From an uncultured Acidimicrobiales bacterium (GTDB lineage Bacteria; Actinomycetota; Acidimicrobiia; Acidimicrobiales; SZUA-35), in the NCBI GenBank assembly GCA_937922805.1, contig CALAJV010000001.1:98560-162559 (forward strand): a stretch of 64,000 bases of DNA. Direction: 5' to 3'. This document shows, in pieces, positions 9,061-17,086 of the stretch. The position numbers and the translations under genes are program-made. Under the pieces are notes generated by a model, which made no database searches, had not been told where the DNA came from, and worked only from the letters and a program-made list of their open reading frames with translations. Within the stretch, counting starts at the first letter, position 1, and every line of letters starts with the position of its first letter.

Positions 9061-10080
9061 CTAGCCAGCGACGAACCGGATAGCTCGAGATTTGATCAAG
9101 TCGGTTCTGCTACCTTGACCGATGGCCAAGCCTTCGTTGGTGGCGTAGATTAACGCCTCACCGTTTGCGGCCGCGTCGTAGACAATAATCGGTTCAAGAC
9201 CCAACGGGGTCGGCTCGCTCGCTAGTACTGTATCTATCGACCACCAACTGGACGGTACATCGTGGTTGCCGTGAGCGGCTGCCGGCAGACCGAAACTCAA
9301 GCCACCGGTGTCAACGTCTTCCTGGTCGATAACCGCCACTCGAACGCTGGTGCCATCCACCCCGGCTAGTAAGTGGTCAAGGTCATACGTAGCGTTACCA
9401 ACATCGAGTGTTGTCATCTCGCCATCTAACAACAGACCGATTGACCTACGAGCGTTGTTCTCGTCGATTGTCAAGTAGTAGACGGCATCATCAACTTGGA
9501 TTGGGTTAATGGCATCATCGACCAAGGGTTCGACCTCAGCTGTTTCGGCATCGACCCGAACCACTCGTACCGTTTCCTCAGCGTCTCGGCGGTCAATCTG
9601 AGTGGCTAGAACAGAATTACCGCCCGGCGACCAGGCCAAATCGGTTAGGTACCTGCCGGGAGCGACCGGTAGATGTTCGTCGAACTGGCCCGAGCTCACG
9701 TCGAGAGTCCAGATGCCGCTGCCCTCCAGAGCGAAATCAGGCGAGTACGATACCGCCAGGGTCTGCCGCTCATGATTCAACGCTATGCCATAGATAATGG
9801 CGTCGTCGGGCACGGTATATATGGTCTGGGTATCTCCGGTCACCGGATCGAACGAAAAGATTCGGTAGTTAGGTCGGGCGCGCTGCTCGACGGCATAGAT
9901 CACCTCGTGATCAGCATCGTCGATGACCTCTAAATCAAGCGAGAATCGGACTTCAGTAGTTGGAAGCACGTCTACTGAATCTCGGCCGGAAAATCCGATG
10001 GCCCAGACAGCAGTCGCCACTGTCATCACCACGATGACCTGAAGGGCAAGGACCGCTCGAGCTTTAGTCTCAGGTGCCAT
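9061..10080 (-). CDS. Membrane-anchored beta-propeller protein (TolB/PD40-like repeats)
   Basis: N-terminal TM anchor (LALQVIVVMTVATAVWAIGF). Recurring strand-rich repeats carry SPDF/SPGG motifs (YSPDFALEG, WSPGGNSVLA). Confidence 0.5.
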   Translation of the reverse strand: MAPETKARAVLALQVIVVMTVATAVWAIGFSGRDSVDVLPTTEVRFSLDLEVIDDADHEVIYAVEQRARPNYRIFSFDPVTGDTQTIYTVPDDAIIYGIALNHERQTLAVSYSPDFALEGSGIWTLDVSSGQFDEHLPVAPGRYLTDLAWSPGGNSVLATQIDRRDAEETVRVVRVDAETAEVEPLVDDAINPIQVDDAVYYLTIDENNARRSIGLLLDGEMTTLDVGNATYDLDHLLAGVDGTSVRVAVIDQEDVDTGGLSFGLPAAAHGNHDVPSSWWSIDTVLASEPTPLGLEPIIVYDAAANGEALIYATNEGLAIGQGSRTDLIKSRAIRFVAG

Positions 10081-10382
10081 CTCTACTCCTCACTGTTCAC
10101 TGTCTAAATAGAAACCTTGAAGGCACCGCTGGCGCCCAACCCCCAAGGGCGCTCATCTATGAACCCGGCTCGCACTACCATATATATGTGTTGTATCGAG
10201 CTCATGTTATGAGTGCGTTAGGTCTCCAAGCCTTTTAGTAGCCATTCCAACGCTGCGATAGGCAAACGTGCCGGGTATTTGCTCCTACAGCTTCGAGCTA
10301 GCAATCTCAGGCCCGAGGCGACCGGATTCGGCCTACAGTAGATCAAACGTGAAGGGCTGGAACGGGAAGGCGACTAGTACCT

Positions 10383-13082
10383 GTGGCTGGTATCGAACTC
10401 GGAATTGAAGGACTTGATGAATGTCGGGTCATTGGTGCCGGTGGATTCGCAACGGTGTACTCCGCTTTGGATGTTCGATTCGGGCGAACCGTGGCAGTCA
10501 AAGTTCTTGCCAACGTCGATGAAGACGGTCGACGACGCTTCGACCGTGAACAACTCTCGATGGGCAAGCTATCTGATCACCCCCACGTTGTTACGGCGTT
10601 TTCGTCCGGGTTTACCACCGGTGGACAGCCATACATAGTCATGGAACATCTGTCGGGCGGATCACTTGCCGACATCATTGATCGAGATCAGACAGTTCCG
10701 TGGGATCGGGCAGTCAGGTATGTCACCGCTATCGCAAAGGCGTTAGGTCATGCTCACAGTCAGGGAGTACTTCACCGCGATGTAAAGCCGGAGAACATCT
10801 TGCTAAGCCCAGAAGGAACGGCCAAGCTTGCCGACTTCGGAATTTCAACTGTCCGCGAGGGCGTCGCAACCCAAGCTGTCGGATTCTCATTAGCTCACGC
10901 CCCGCCAGAAACATTCCGAGACGGGCAAGACAATCGAGATGAGCGGTCCGACTTGTACTCGCTCGCATCATCGCTGCTAACAGTGGTTCGCGGCCAGGCT
11001 CCATACGAGAGCCCCGGCGGGAACTCTCAAATGGCCTACATGATGCGAATCACCGACCATCCGATTCCCCAGTTGGGCGATATTCGGTACGACAACTTTC
11101 TCGCTATCGCCATGGCTAAAGACCCAGCCGATCGGTTCCAGGATGCCGACGAGTTCATCGACGCGTTAGCGACCACGCTCCTATCGGTCGAAGATCAACC
11201 GCCACTAACGCCACCGGCCAGCAGAACCATTACTGACTCATCGTTGCCAACATCTCCCCCCGGCTCAGAACAAGTGTCAGAACAGCCGACCGAATCAGTT
11301 CAGTTCGATGAAGACACTAGAGCCGGCGATCGACTTATTGACCAGCCAACCACTGACGGGGATATCCCCCCTGCGACCGAAGGTGATTCTGGCGACGAGC
11401 CCGGACCACAAGACTCAACCGGCTCTCCGAACCTCGTCGAATCAGACAGCCAGCAACGAGACAACCCAGAACTAGACGACTCAGAATCAGACAACCCAGA
11501 ATCAGACAACCCAGAACTAGACAACCCAGAATCAGACGGCCAGAGCCAGGACGACGTTCGCTTATCAGACCAGTCCGCCAATGTGGCCGAATCGGAATCA
11601 GGAAGCCGAGAAGCACAAGCGTCGCAATCGGTTCAATCGATTGGCGCGGCGATGGCACAGCCATCATCAGCTACGGTTCCTCGACTGCCCGGCTCGGAGC
11701 CGGACAAATCGAACAACGTGCAAGTCGCCGAACTCGAAGCAACCCCCAAGAAGTTCAGAAGAAAAGAAGCGGGGCTATTCGAGTCGGCCGACACCATCAT
11801 CGCCGAGCGGGAACCGCCTACTGAATCCATCCAGAAAGAGCGCCAGAAAGGCATCATAGTTGCGGCCGTGATCGGCTTGATTGCTCTAGCTTTGTTCTTG
11901 GTATACCTGCTGAGACCATCTCCGCAAAATGTTGAAACGACCTCATCAAGAACTATTGCCATTCTGGAAACGGAGCAAGAGCCCGAGACAGAAGAAGCGG
12001 CAACTGCTGGTCGACTCAACGAGGCTGCCGGTGTCATAGCCGGACCTCATACCGATGCCGTTACCCAGCTGACCCGGCTGGGGCCAACCCAATTTATTTC
12101 GGTTAGCGACGACGGTACCGTTCTCGTTTGGGACGCATCAAACGAAAAGCTGGAGCCGACCGGGTTTACCGCTGGAGCTGACCTCACCATCACTCACTCG
12201 CTGCCCCTCAGCGATGGCCGAGTGGTATCGCGACGAAGTGACGATGCTGCCCTTATTTGGGATCCCGCCAATGTTGGCGACGAGCCGCTGACCCTCAAGG
12301 GCCGAGCCGGTGAAGGTGGGCTAGCCGAAACCGAGAGTGGACTAGTCGTCAGCGTTAACCCGAGCGGCAAAGCTCTAAGCGTCTGGGATTCAACCGACGT
12401 CGACAACGTTACCGTGATCGCCGGTGACGACTCAGTTGGACCGTTCGAACCAACCGTAAAAATGGCTGTCGAGGGAAATTCAGTCATAACCGCTAGTACA
12501 GATCACCAACTTACGTTGTGGACCATTGACGGTGAAACCGGCGGCGGAACGGTAGTTCCCGACGCGTTCGGCGGCTCCCATACCAGCACCATCAACGACC
12601 TCCTCGTACTGTCTGATGGTACGGTCGCTTCGGCCAGCGACGATGGGTCGATACTGTTGCAGCGGCCAGAAGACGATGGCGACGAAGTAATCATTTTCGA
12701 TGAACATCCGAAGGCAGTTCTCGACCTGGTTCAGTTCGAAGATGGCCGGATCGGATCTGGAGGAACCGCCGCCTCGGTTGTCTGGAACCCTGAAAATCCG
12801 AAGTGGGTCCAGGACCAAGAAAAGACCGGACTAATCTCTCGACTCGGGAGAACAACTGAGCAGGCGATCCTACCCGATCAACGCTTGGCCATAGCCAGCT
12901 TCAAAGAAGTTGTGGTGTGGGACCCGAACCTGCCAAGTTCAAGTCCGATCGCAACAAAGTCGTCGGGTTCAAAAACTCATGATGGCAACGTCACCGCCAT
13001 ACTTGCTCTCGATGATGGCCGTCTGGTTTCGGCCGATGACAAAGGCGCAGTGCTGGTCTGGGATCCAGACAACAACAGCTAG
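10383..13082 (+). CDS. Ser/Thr protein kinase with acidic repeat linker, TM helix and extracytoplasmic WD40-like beta-propeller
   Basis: Kinase motifs GAGGFATVY, VAVK, HRDVKPENIL, DFG and HAPPE. TM helix IIVAAVIGLIALALFLVYLL. C-terminal repeats DDGTVLVWD, DDAALIWDP, DDGSILL and DDKGAVLVWDP. Confidence 0.85.
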   Translation: MAGIELGIEGLDECRVIGAGGFATVYSALDVRFGRTVAVKVLANVDEDGRRRFDREQLSMGKLSDHPHVVTAFSSGFTTGGQPYIVMEHLSGGSLADIIDRDQTVPWDRAVRYVTAIAKALGHAHSQGVLHRDVKPENILLSPEGTAKLADFGISTVREGVATQAVGFSLAHAPPETFRDGQDNRDERSDLYSLASSLLTVVRGQAPYESPGGNSQMAYMMRITDHPIPQLGDIRYDNFLAIAMAKDPADRFQDADEFIDALATTLLSVEDQPPLTPPASRTITDSSLPTSPPGSEQVSEQPTESVQFDEDTRAGDRLIDQPTTDGDIPPATEGDSGDEPGPQDSTGSPNLVESDSQQRDNPELDDSESDNPESDNPELDNPESDGQSQDDVRLSDQSANVAESESGSREAQASQSVQSIGAAMAQPSSATVPRLPGSEPDKSNNVQVAELEATPKKFRRKEAGLFESADTIIAEREPPTESIQKERQKGIIVAAVIGLIALALFLVYLLRPSPQNVETTSSRTIAILETEQEPETEEAATAGRLNEAAGVIAGPHTDAVTQLTRLGPTQFISVSDDGTVLVWDASNEKLEPTGFTAGADLTITHSLPLSDGRVVSRRSDDAALIWDPANVGDEPLTLKGRAGEGGLAETESGLVVSVNPSGKALSVWDSTDVDNVTVIAGDDSVGPFEPTVKMAVEGNSVITASTDHQLTLWTIDGETGGGTVVPDAFGGSHTSTINDLLVLSDGTVASASDDGSILLQRPEDDGDEVIIFDEHPKAVLDLVQFEDGRIGSGGTAASVVWNPENPKWVQDQEKTGLISRLGRTTEQAILPDQRLAIASFKEVVVWDPNLPSSSPIATKSSGSKTHDGNVTAILALDDGRLVSADDKGAVLVWDPDNNS
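11460..11534 (+). repeat. Five tandem 15-nt units (gacaacccagaaYYa) encoding DNPE(L/S)
   Basis: Direct reading: gacaacccagaacta / gacgactcagaatca / gacaacccagaatca / gacaacccagaacta / gacaacccagaatca. Confidence 0.9.
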
Positions 13083-13259
13083 AGCGGGATCAGCTCGGTA
13101 GTTGAACCAGCCTGAAATCGCAGGATCGCCCCAGCAACAACTCTTCTAGATCCCTCATCAACCGACCTTTGTTTCCTATGCTGAGGCCCAGCTTCGAAAA
13201 ATGATCGGTGCCCAATCAGTGGTGCCTTTGAAGTTCGCCGCCGCAAGAGGAGACATTCG

Positions 13260-14729
13260 ATGGACGCTACCCGTCGCAAAATAGTGCTCGGCCTGGGGGC
13301 TACCTCTGTTGCCGCTGGCTTAGGCATCGGCGCGGTTACCAACTTCTCCGATGACAAGTCGGCCGGTAGGGAACATTTAGCTGTGAAGGGTCAGTCTCAA
13401 AACCGAACTACAACCAAACCGTCCGAACAGGTTTTGGGCGACCGCCCGAACATCATCGTGTTTATTAGCGACGATCAGGCGTACGACACCGTTGGCGGAC
13501 GCACCAATTTCTATGCCAGCCCAAACACCGACGAGCTTGCTGGCCACGGATACCTACTCGAACGAAGCTATGTAACAACCTCTATTTGCCCCGTCAGTCG
13601 AGCCAATATTCTCACCGGCCAGTTTGCGGAACGACATCAGCAACTTGGATGGCTACGACCGATCGCCGATGACAGTTTTTCGACCATCTATCCATTCGAG
13701 ATGCGACAAGCCGGTTATCAAGTCGGCTTCGTCGGGAAATGGGGCATCGCCAATCCGCTGCCAAGCGACCAGTTTGACTACCTCGATGGATTTGAAGATC
13801 AAGGCCAATACTTTGAAGACTCAAGCGACCGGACTCACCTAACGGGTGAGCTTACCGATAGCGCGTGCGCAGCAATCGATCAGTTCACCAAGTCGCCGAA
13901 GCCATACTTGCTCATTGTCTGTTACAAAGCACCTCACGGGCAACTAGATCTCCCGCTACACGAAGCAATTGATACCACCATCAACTACCCAGCTTTTGAT
14001 ATGTCCGCCGTATCGGAGTACCCGGCTTCGGTTCGAGGCTTTGATGAGTTACCAGATTTTCTCGAACAGTCAGTTCTTCGTTCCGGGTTCGAATCGTTCA
14101 TCGATCCGCTCGAGCGATATCAGCAATACCGAAAAGCCTACGCCGAGCTACTTTTCGGAGTCGACGTTTCGATCGGCGCCATCACCGATCACGCAACCAA
14201 TGCCACTGACTTGGATGAGCTAGAAATCCTGTCTTTGTCCGACAACGGCATGATGCTCGGAGAGCACGGAATATTCGGCAAGTGGTTGATGTACGAACAA
14301 AGCGTCGCTATCCCGTTCGTATGGAAACCGTCGATTTATAGCAGCCACTCCCCTGCTATCAACAAGAGCTTCTGTTTGACAATCGATGTGGCCCCGACTG
14401 TGTTGCGAGCTGGTCGGGTGGAAATCCCAAGCACATACCAAGGAACGCCACTTCAAGATCTGTCGGTCGAGGCGAGGCCTGAGTACTACTACTCGTACTA
14501 CGCAACGATGGGCGAGCAGTTGCCGGTTTGTCATGGCCTTCAAGACGAACGCTACAAATACATAGAGTTCGACCATCACGACTATCAGCAACTGTTCGAT
14601 ACAGTCACCGACCCGTCTGAGGTGAACAACCTCATCTCCGACCCAGCACTCAACTCTAGGATTAGAGACATGAAGGCCTCACTGGCCATTCATCGCGAAA
14701 ACGCTGGCCCGTACTTTGAGAAGGCGTAG
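13260..14729 (+). CDS. Cys-type sulfatase (arylsulfatase family) with Tat-like signal
   Basis: RRKIVLGLGATSVAAGLG signal, FISDDQ metal-site motif, and the CPVSRANILTGQ formylglycine motif (C-x-P-x-R). Confidence 0.85.
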   Translation: MDATRRKIVLGLGATSVAAGLGIGAVTNFSDDKSAGREHLAVKGQSQNRTTTKPSEQVLGDRPNIIVFISDDQAYDTVGGRTNFYASPNTDELAGHGYLLERSYVTTSICPVSRANILTGQFAERHQQLGWLRPIADDSFSTIYPFEMRQAGYQVGFVGKWGIANPLPSDQFDYLDGFEDQGQYFEDSSDRTHLTGELTDSACAAIDQFTKSPKPYLLIVCYKAPHGQLDLPLHEAIDTTINYPAFDMSAVSEYPASVRGFDELPDFLEQSVLRSGFESFIDPLERYQQYRKAYAELLFGVDVSIGAITDHATNATDLDELEILSLSDNGMMLGEHGIFGKWLMYEQSVAIPFVWKPSIYSSHSPAINKSFCLTIDVAPTVLRAGRVEIPSTYQGTPLQDLSVEARPEYYYSYYATMGEQLPVCHGLQDERYKYIEFDHHDYQQLFDTVTDPSEVNNLISDPALNSRIRDMKASLAIHRENAGPYFEKA

Positions 14730-14769
14730 CTAGCGCCTTCGATCCCACCCGTAGGACTAAAACGAAGAA

Positions 14770-14814
14770 ACCGGCGTTCCGCTCGCTCGGTGGGTGAGGG
14801 AGGGGAACGCCGGT
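14770..14814 (+). terminator. Perfect 11-bp inverted repeat downstream of the sulfatase gene (terminator or binding site)
   Basis: accggcgttcc (14770-14780) pairs with ggaacgccggt (14804-14814) across a 23-nt loop. The following sequence is AT-rich but has no clean T-run. Confidence 0.35.
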
Positions 14815-14896
14815 CAGTTATTAATATACAACGAGAACGTCTGAATTGTCGACCCCGAGACCACCTATTTCTGAATGAAATTCTCTCGTAACGTTC

Positions 14897-14931
14897 AAGG
14901 CGGTTCGTTTCTGACCAAAAACCGCCGTTTT
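14897..14931 (+). terminator. Rho-independent-terminator-like hairpin
   Basis: The stem ggcggtt...aaccgcc is followed by gtttt. It sits in non-coding DNA about 170 nt after the sulfatase stop. Confidence 0.3.
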
Positions 14932-15179
14932 CAGGCTCCGAATTGCGACTAGTTGTTCAAAATCGCCCTAAGAGTTTGCACTCTGGCCGGGCGAGAAGCT
15001 GCAGTAGGTCTGTCGACATAGTCCTAATGAACACGAGTAGGCGCTCGGAAACCGCATCAAAATTGCCTAGATGAACGTCGACCATATTGACGTGTCAAAA
15101 ATATGGTGCCGACAAACACTAATTCGGTGGGTGAACCGCATTTGCCGACACCAAGATCTTGTAGACGTAAGTAACCGCC

Positions 15180-15520
15180 TTGCTAACACCGCTTCCACCA
15201 TGGTGCCAGTTTTTGAGCCCTAATTCGTGGGGCCTTTGGCCCTTTCGACCAAGGTATCACGAGGTAGGACACCCATTGCAAAAAAAGTTGGAGGTTTTGC
15301 CTCGACCAACACAAGCAATGGACCTGAAAACGGCGGCGTGTACGAGGCCATATCGAACGGTTTGTCGAATGACGGGCAGCTCGAACGGTGTAAGGCCAGC
15401 TGCTTTAAGTTACAGGCCAGCCCACCACTGGCCTGCACTTCTTTAGTCGCTTGAGCCTCGATCTGCGGGGGACCGATTTTTGAAATTCCTACCGTGACCA
15501 AACCGAGCAAGCTGAGACTG
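15180..15520. other. Unassigned GC-rich structured segment inside a long intergenic region (candidate ncRNA or 5' leader)
   Basis: Hairpins at 15230-15242 (gggcc-ttt-ggccc) and 15413-15435 (caggccag-cccacca-ctggcctg). Long-range complementarity between 15253-15268 (ggtatcacgaggtagg) and 15488-15499 (cctaccgtgacc). Several reading frames on both strands are open here, yet none yields a protein-like translation. Confidence 0.25.
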
Positions 15521-15521
15521 C

Positions 15522-16982
15522 TTGAGTTTTGGCGTCGTTTTGTCGATATCAGGTCCAGTTCGTGATCGGCAATTGTTGGCGAGTAAAGGTTTAGGTCGTT
15601 TGTCCGCTTCCCAGAAAATTAGTTCGTCGGCAATTGTTCGGACCTGGTTGGCTGTTGTGCTCCTAGCCGGAGTCCTCGTTGTGTCGCTCGCCGCCTCGCC
15701 TTCACCGGTCGAGGCGTCAACCTCGACCGAGGACTGCCAAATCGAAACTCCGAGCAACGCATACGAAGCGCAAGTGTCAGTGTCGCCGCCCCACGCTCAG
15801 GTCTGGCGACTGTATCAAGCATTTTTTCTGCGTCAGCCAGAGCAATCTGGTTTCGACTATTGGCTTCAACAGCGAAGCGACGGTGCTGCACTCACTACCA
15901 TTGCCTATCAATTCGCGACTGGGCCGGAGTTCGTTGGCCGATACGGCAACCTGTCTGACGCCGACTACGTCGACCTTGTGTATGCCAATGTGCTTTGTCG
16001 ACCGCCGGAACAAGACGGCCGTCAGTACTGGATCTCGTTGTTAGCTTCGGGCGGGCTTAGTCGGTGGGAAATGATGGTCAACTTCGCTGAACTGCGCGAG
16101 TACCTCGGAAACACTTCGACCTGCCACAGCATCTATCCGGCTGAATCGGCCGCGACTGCCGGATGCCCTCAGAGCCGACAAGTTCCGCTGGGACAAGCGT
16201 CGCTGGCCGCAAACGGCTACCAAAGCTACACCACAAACGTCACCCGACAAGGCGGCTCCGTTGGATTCTTTAGCGGCGTGATCGTTGAAAATGACAGCGG
16301 CCTTTTCAAAACGGGTCCGGCCCGTTGCTCAGTGGCGTCGATTAATGGCAATTGGCTTGTGGCGTCGCAGAAGGATCGAGCTAACCCCGGAGTTCTCGGC
16401 ATCGGGGTCATTGACGGAGCTCACGTGAAAAACTCGTCAGACCGCGGTGACCGAGGCGTTTTCGGTCTACGGTTTGATTCGACCCCGTCGTCAGTTTCCG
16501 AGGTCTGGCCCGGCGACACCCTAAGCCCAGACGATCGACGACTCAATAGTATTATGTCGGCCAACGGAGTGACCTCGTTGGAGTCTTGGCATAGCGCGGC
16601 TGAAGAGTCGATCTACCTTTCACAACTGGCTCCCAATGAAATCGTGGACCCCTCGGAGTGGATCTGGGCCGCTGCCGGAATTCCTCTGATTCTGAGCGGT
16701 CAAATCAACGACAACTTTTACAACGACTACGTGAATGATCCATACACGTTCCAAACGTTGCGGCATTCATTCGTGATGTTTGATCAAGACAGCGATCGAT
16801 TGTTGTTCGGAGCCACTTCCAGTCTTGATGTTCTAGACCTTGTTAACTGGGCGCCCGTAAATGGCTACGAAGACCTAATTATCTTCGATGGTGGCGGTTC
16901 TACCGAGTTCAATGTCGGTGGTCAATCGGTCGTCGCCGGGACCCCTCGCGATATCCCGGTCTGGCTGGGCATCGGCTGTTGA
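15522..16982 (+). CDS. Secreted protein with DUF4214-like domain and phosphodiester glycosidase (NAGPA-like) domain
   Basis: Signal peptide VRTWLAVVLLAGVLVVSLAASPSPVEA. DUF4214-like LYQAFFLRQPEQSGFDYWLQQ...GPEF. C-terminal IIFDGGGSTEF is typical of phosphodiester glycosidases. The start is uncertain, and TTG at 15600 would give a better signal-peptide spacing. Confidence 0.7.
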   Translation: MSFGVVLSISGPVRDRQLLASKGLGRLSASQKISSSAIVRTWLAVVLLAGVLVVSLAASPSPVEASTSTEDCQIETPSNAYEAQVSVSPPHAQVWRLYQAFFLRQPEQSGFDYWLQQRSDGAALTTIAYQFATGPEFVGRYGNLSDADYVDLVYANVLCRPPEQDGRQYWISLLASGGLSRWEMMVNFAELREYLGNTSTCHSIYPAESAATAGCPQSRQVPLGQASLAANGYQSYTTNVTRQGGSVGFFSGVIVENDSGLFKTGPARCSVASINGNWLVASQKDRANPGVLGIGVIDGAHVKNSSDRGDRGVFGLRFDSTPSSVSEVWPGDTLSPDDRRLNSIMSANGVTSLESWHSAAEESIYLSQLAPNEIVDPSEWIWAAAGIPLILSGQINDNFYNDYVNDPYTFQTLRHSFVMFDQDSDRLLFGATSSLDVLDLVNWAPVNGYEDLIIFDGGGSTEFNVGGQSVVAGTPRDIPVWLGIGC

Positions 16983-17086
16983 CAGCTAAGCCCTGAGCGC
17001 CGCCGCTGGAGGAATCGGTAAAGGTAGTCAATGTTTGAACCGACTACCTGAGGAACAGTTTGTTCGCAGTATCGGGCGGGGGCCAG

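Noticed and set aside
11460-11534. Possible CRISPR-like or other repeat arrays. The same was considered for 3358-3522 and 17948-17992.
   Set aside because: The units are 15-21 nt, contiguous without spacers, in-frame and inside CDSs. They are coding tandem repeats, not CRISPR arrays.
15180-15520. Possible tmRNA. GGGGCC...TTTCGAC at 15229 resembles a tmRNA 5' end, GCTGCTTTAAG looks like a tag end, and CCACCA strings are nearby.
   Set aside because: No T-arm (GGTTCGAnTCC-like) and no matching acceptor 3' strand lie within the expected distance on either strand. The CCACCA strings are not preceded by complementary acceptor sequence. I also found no RNase P P4 (GAGGAAAGTCCGGGC) or SRP motifs. 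The segment is retained only as an unassigned structured region.
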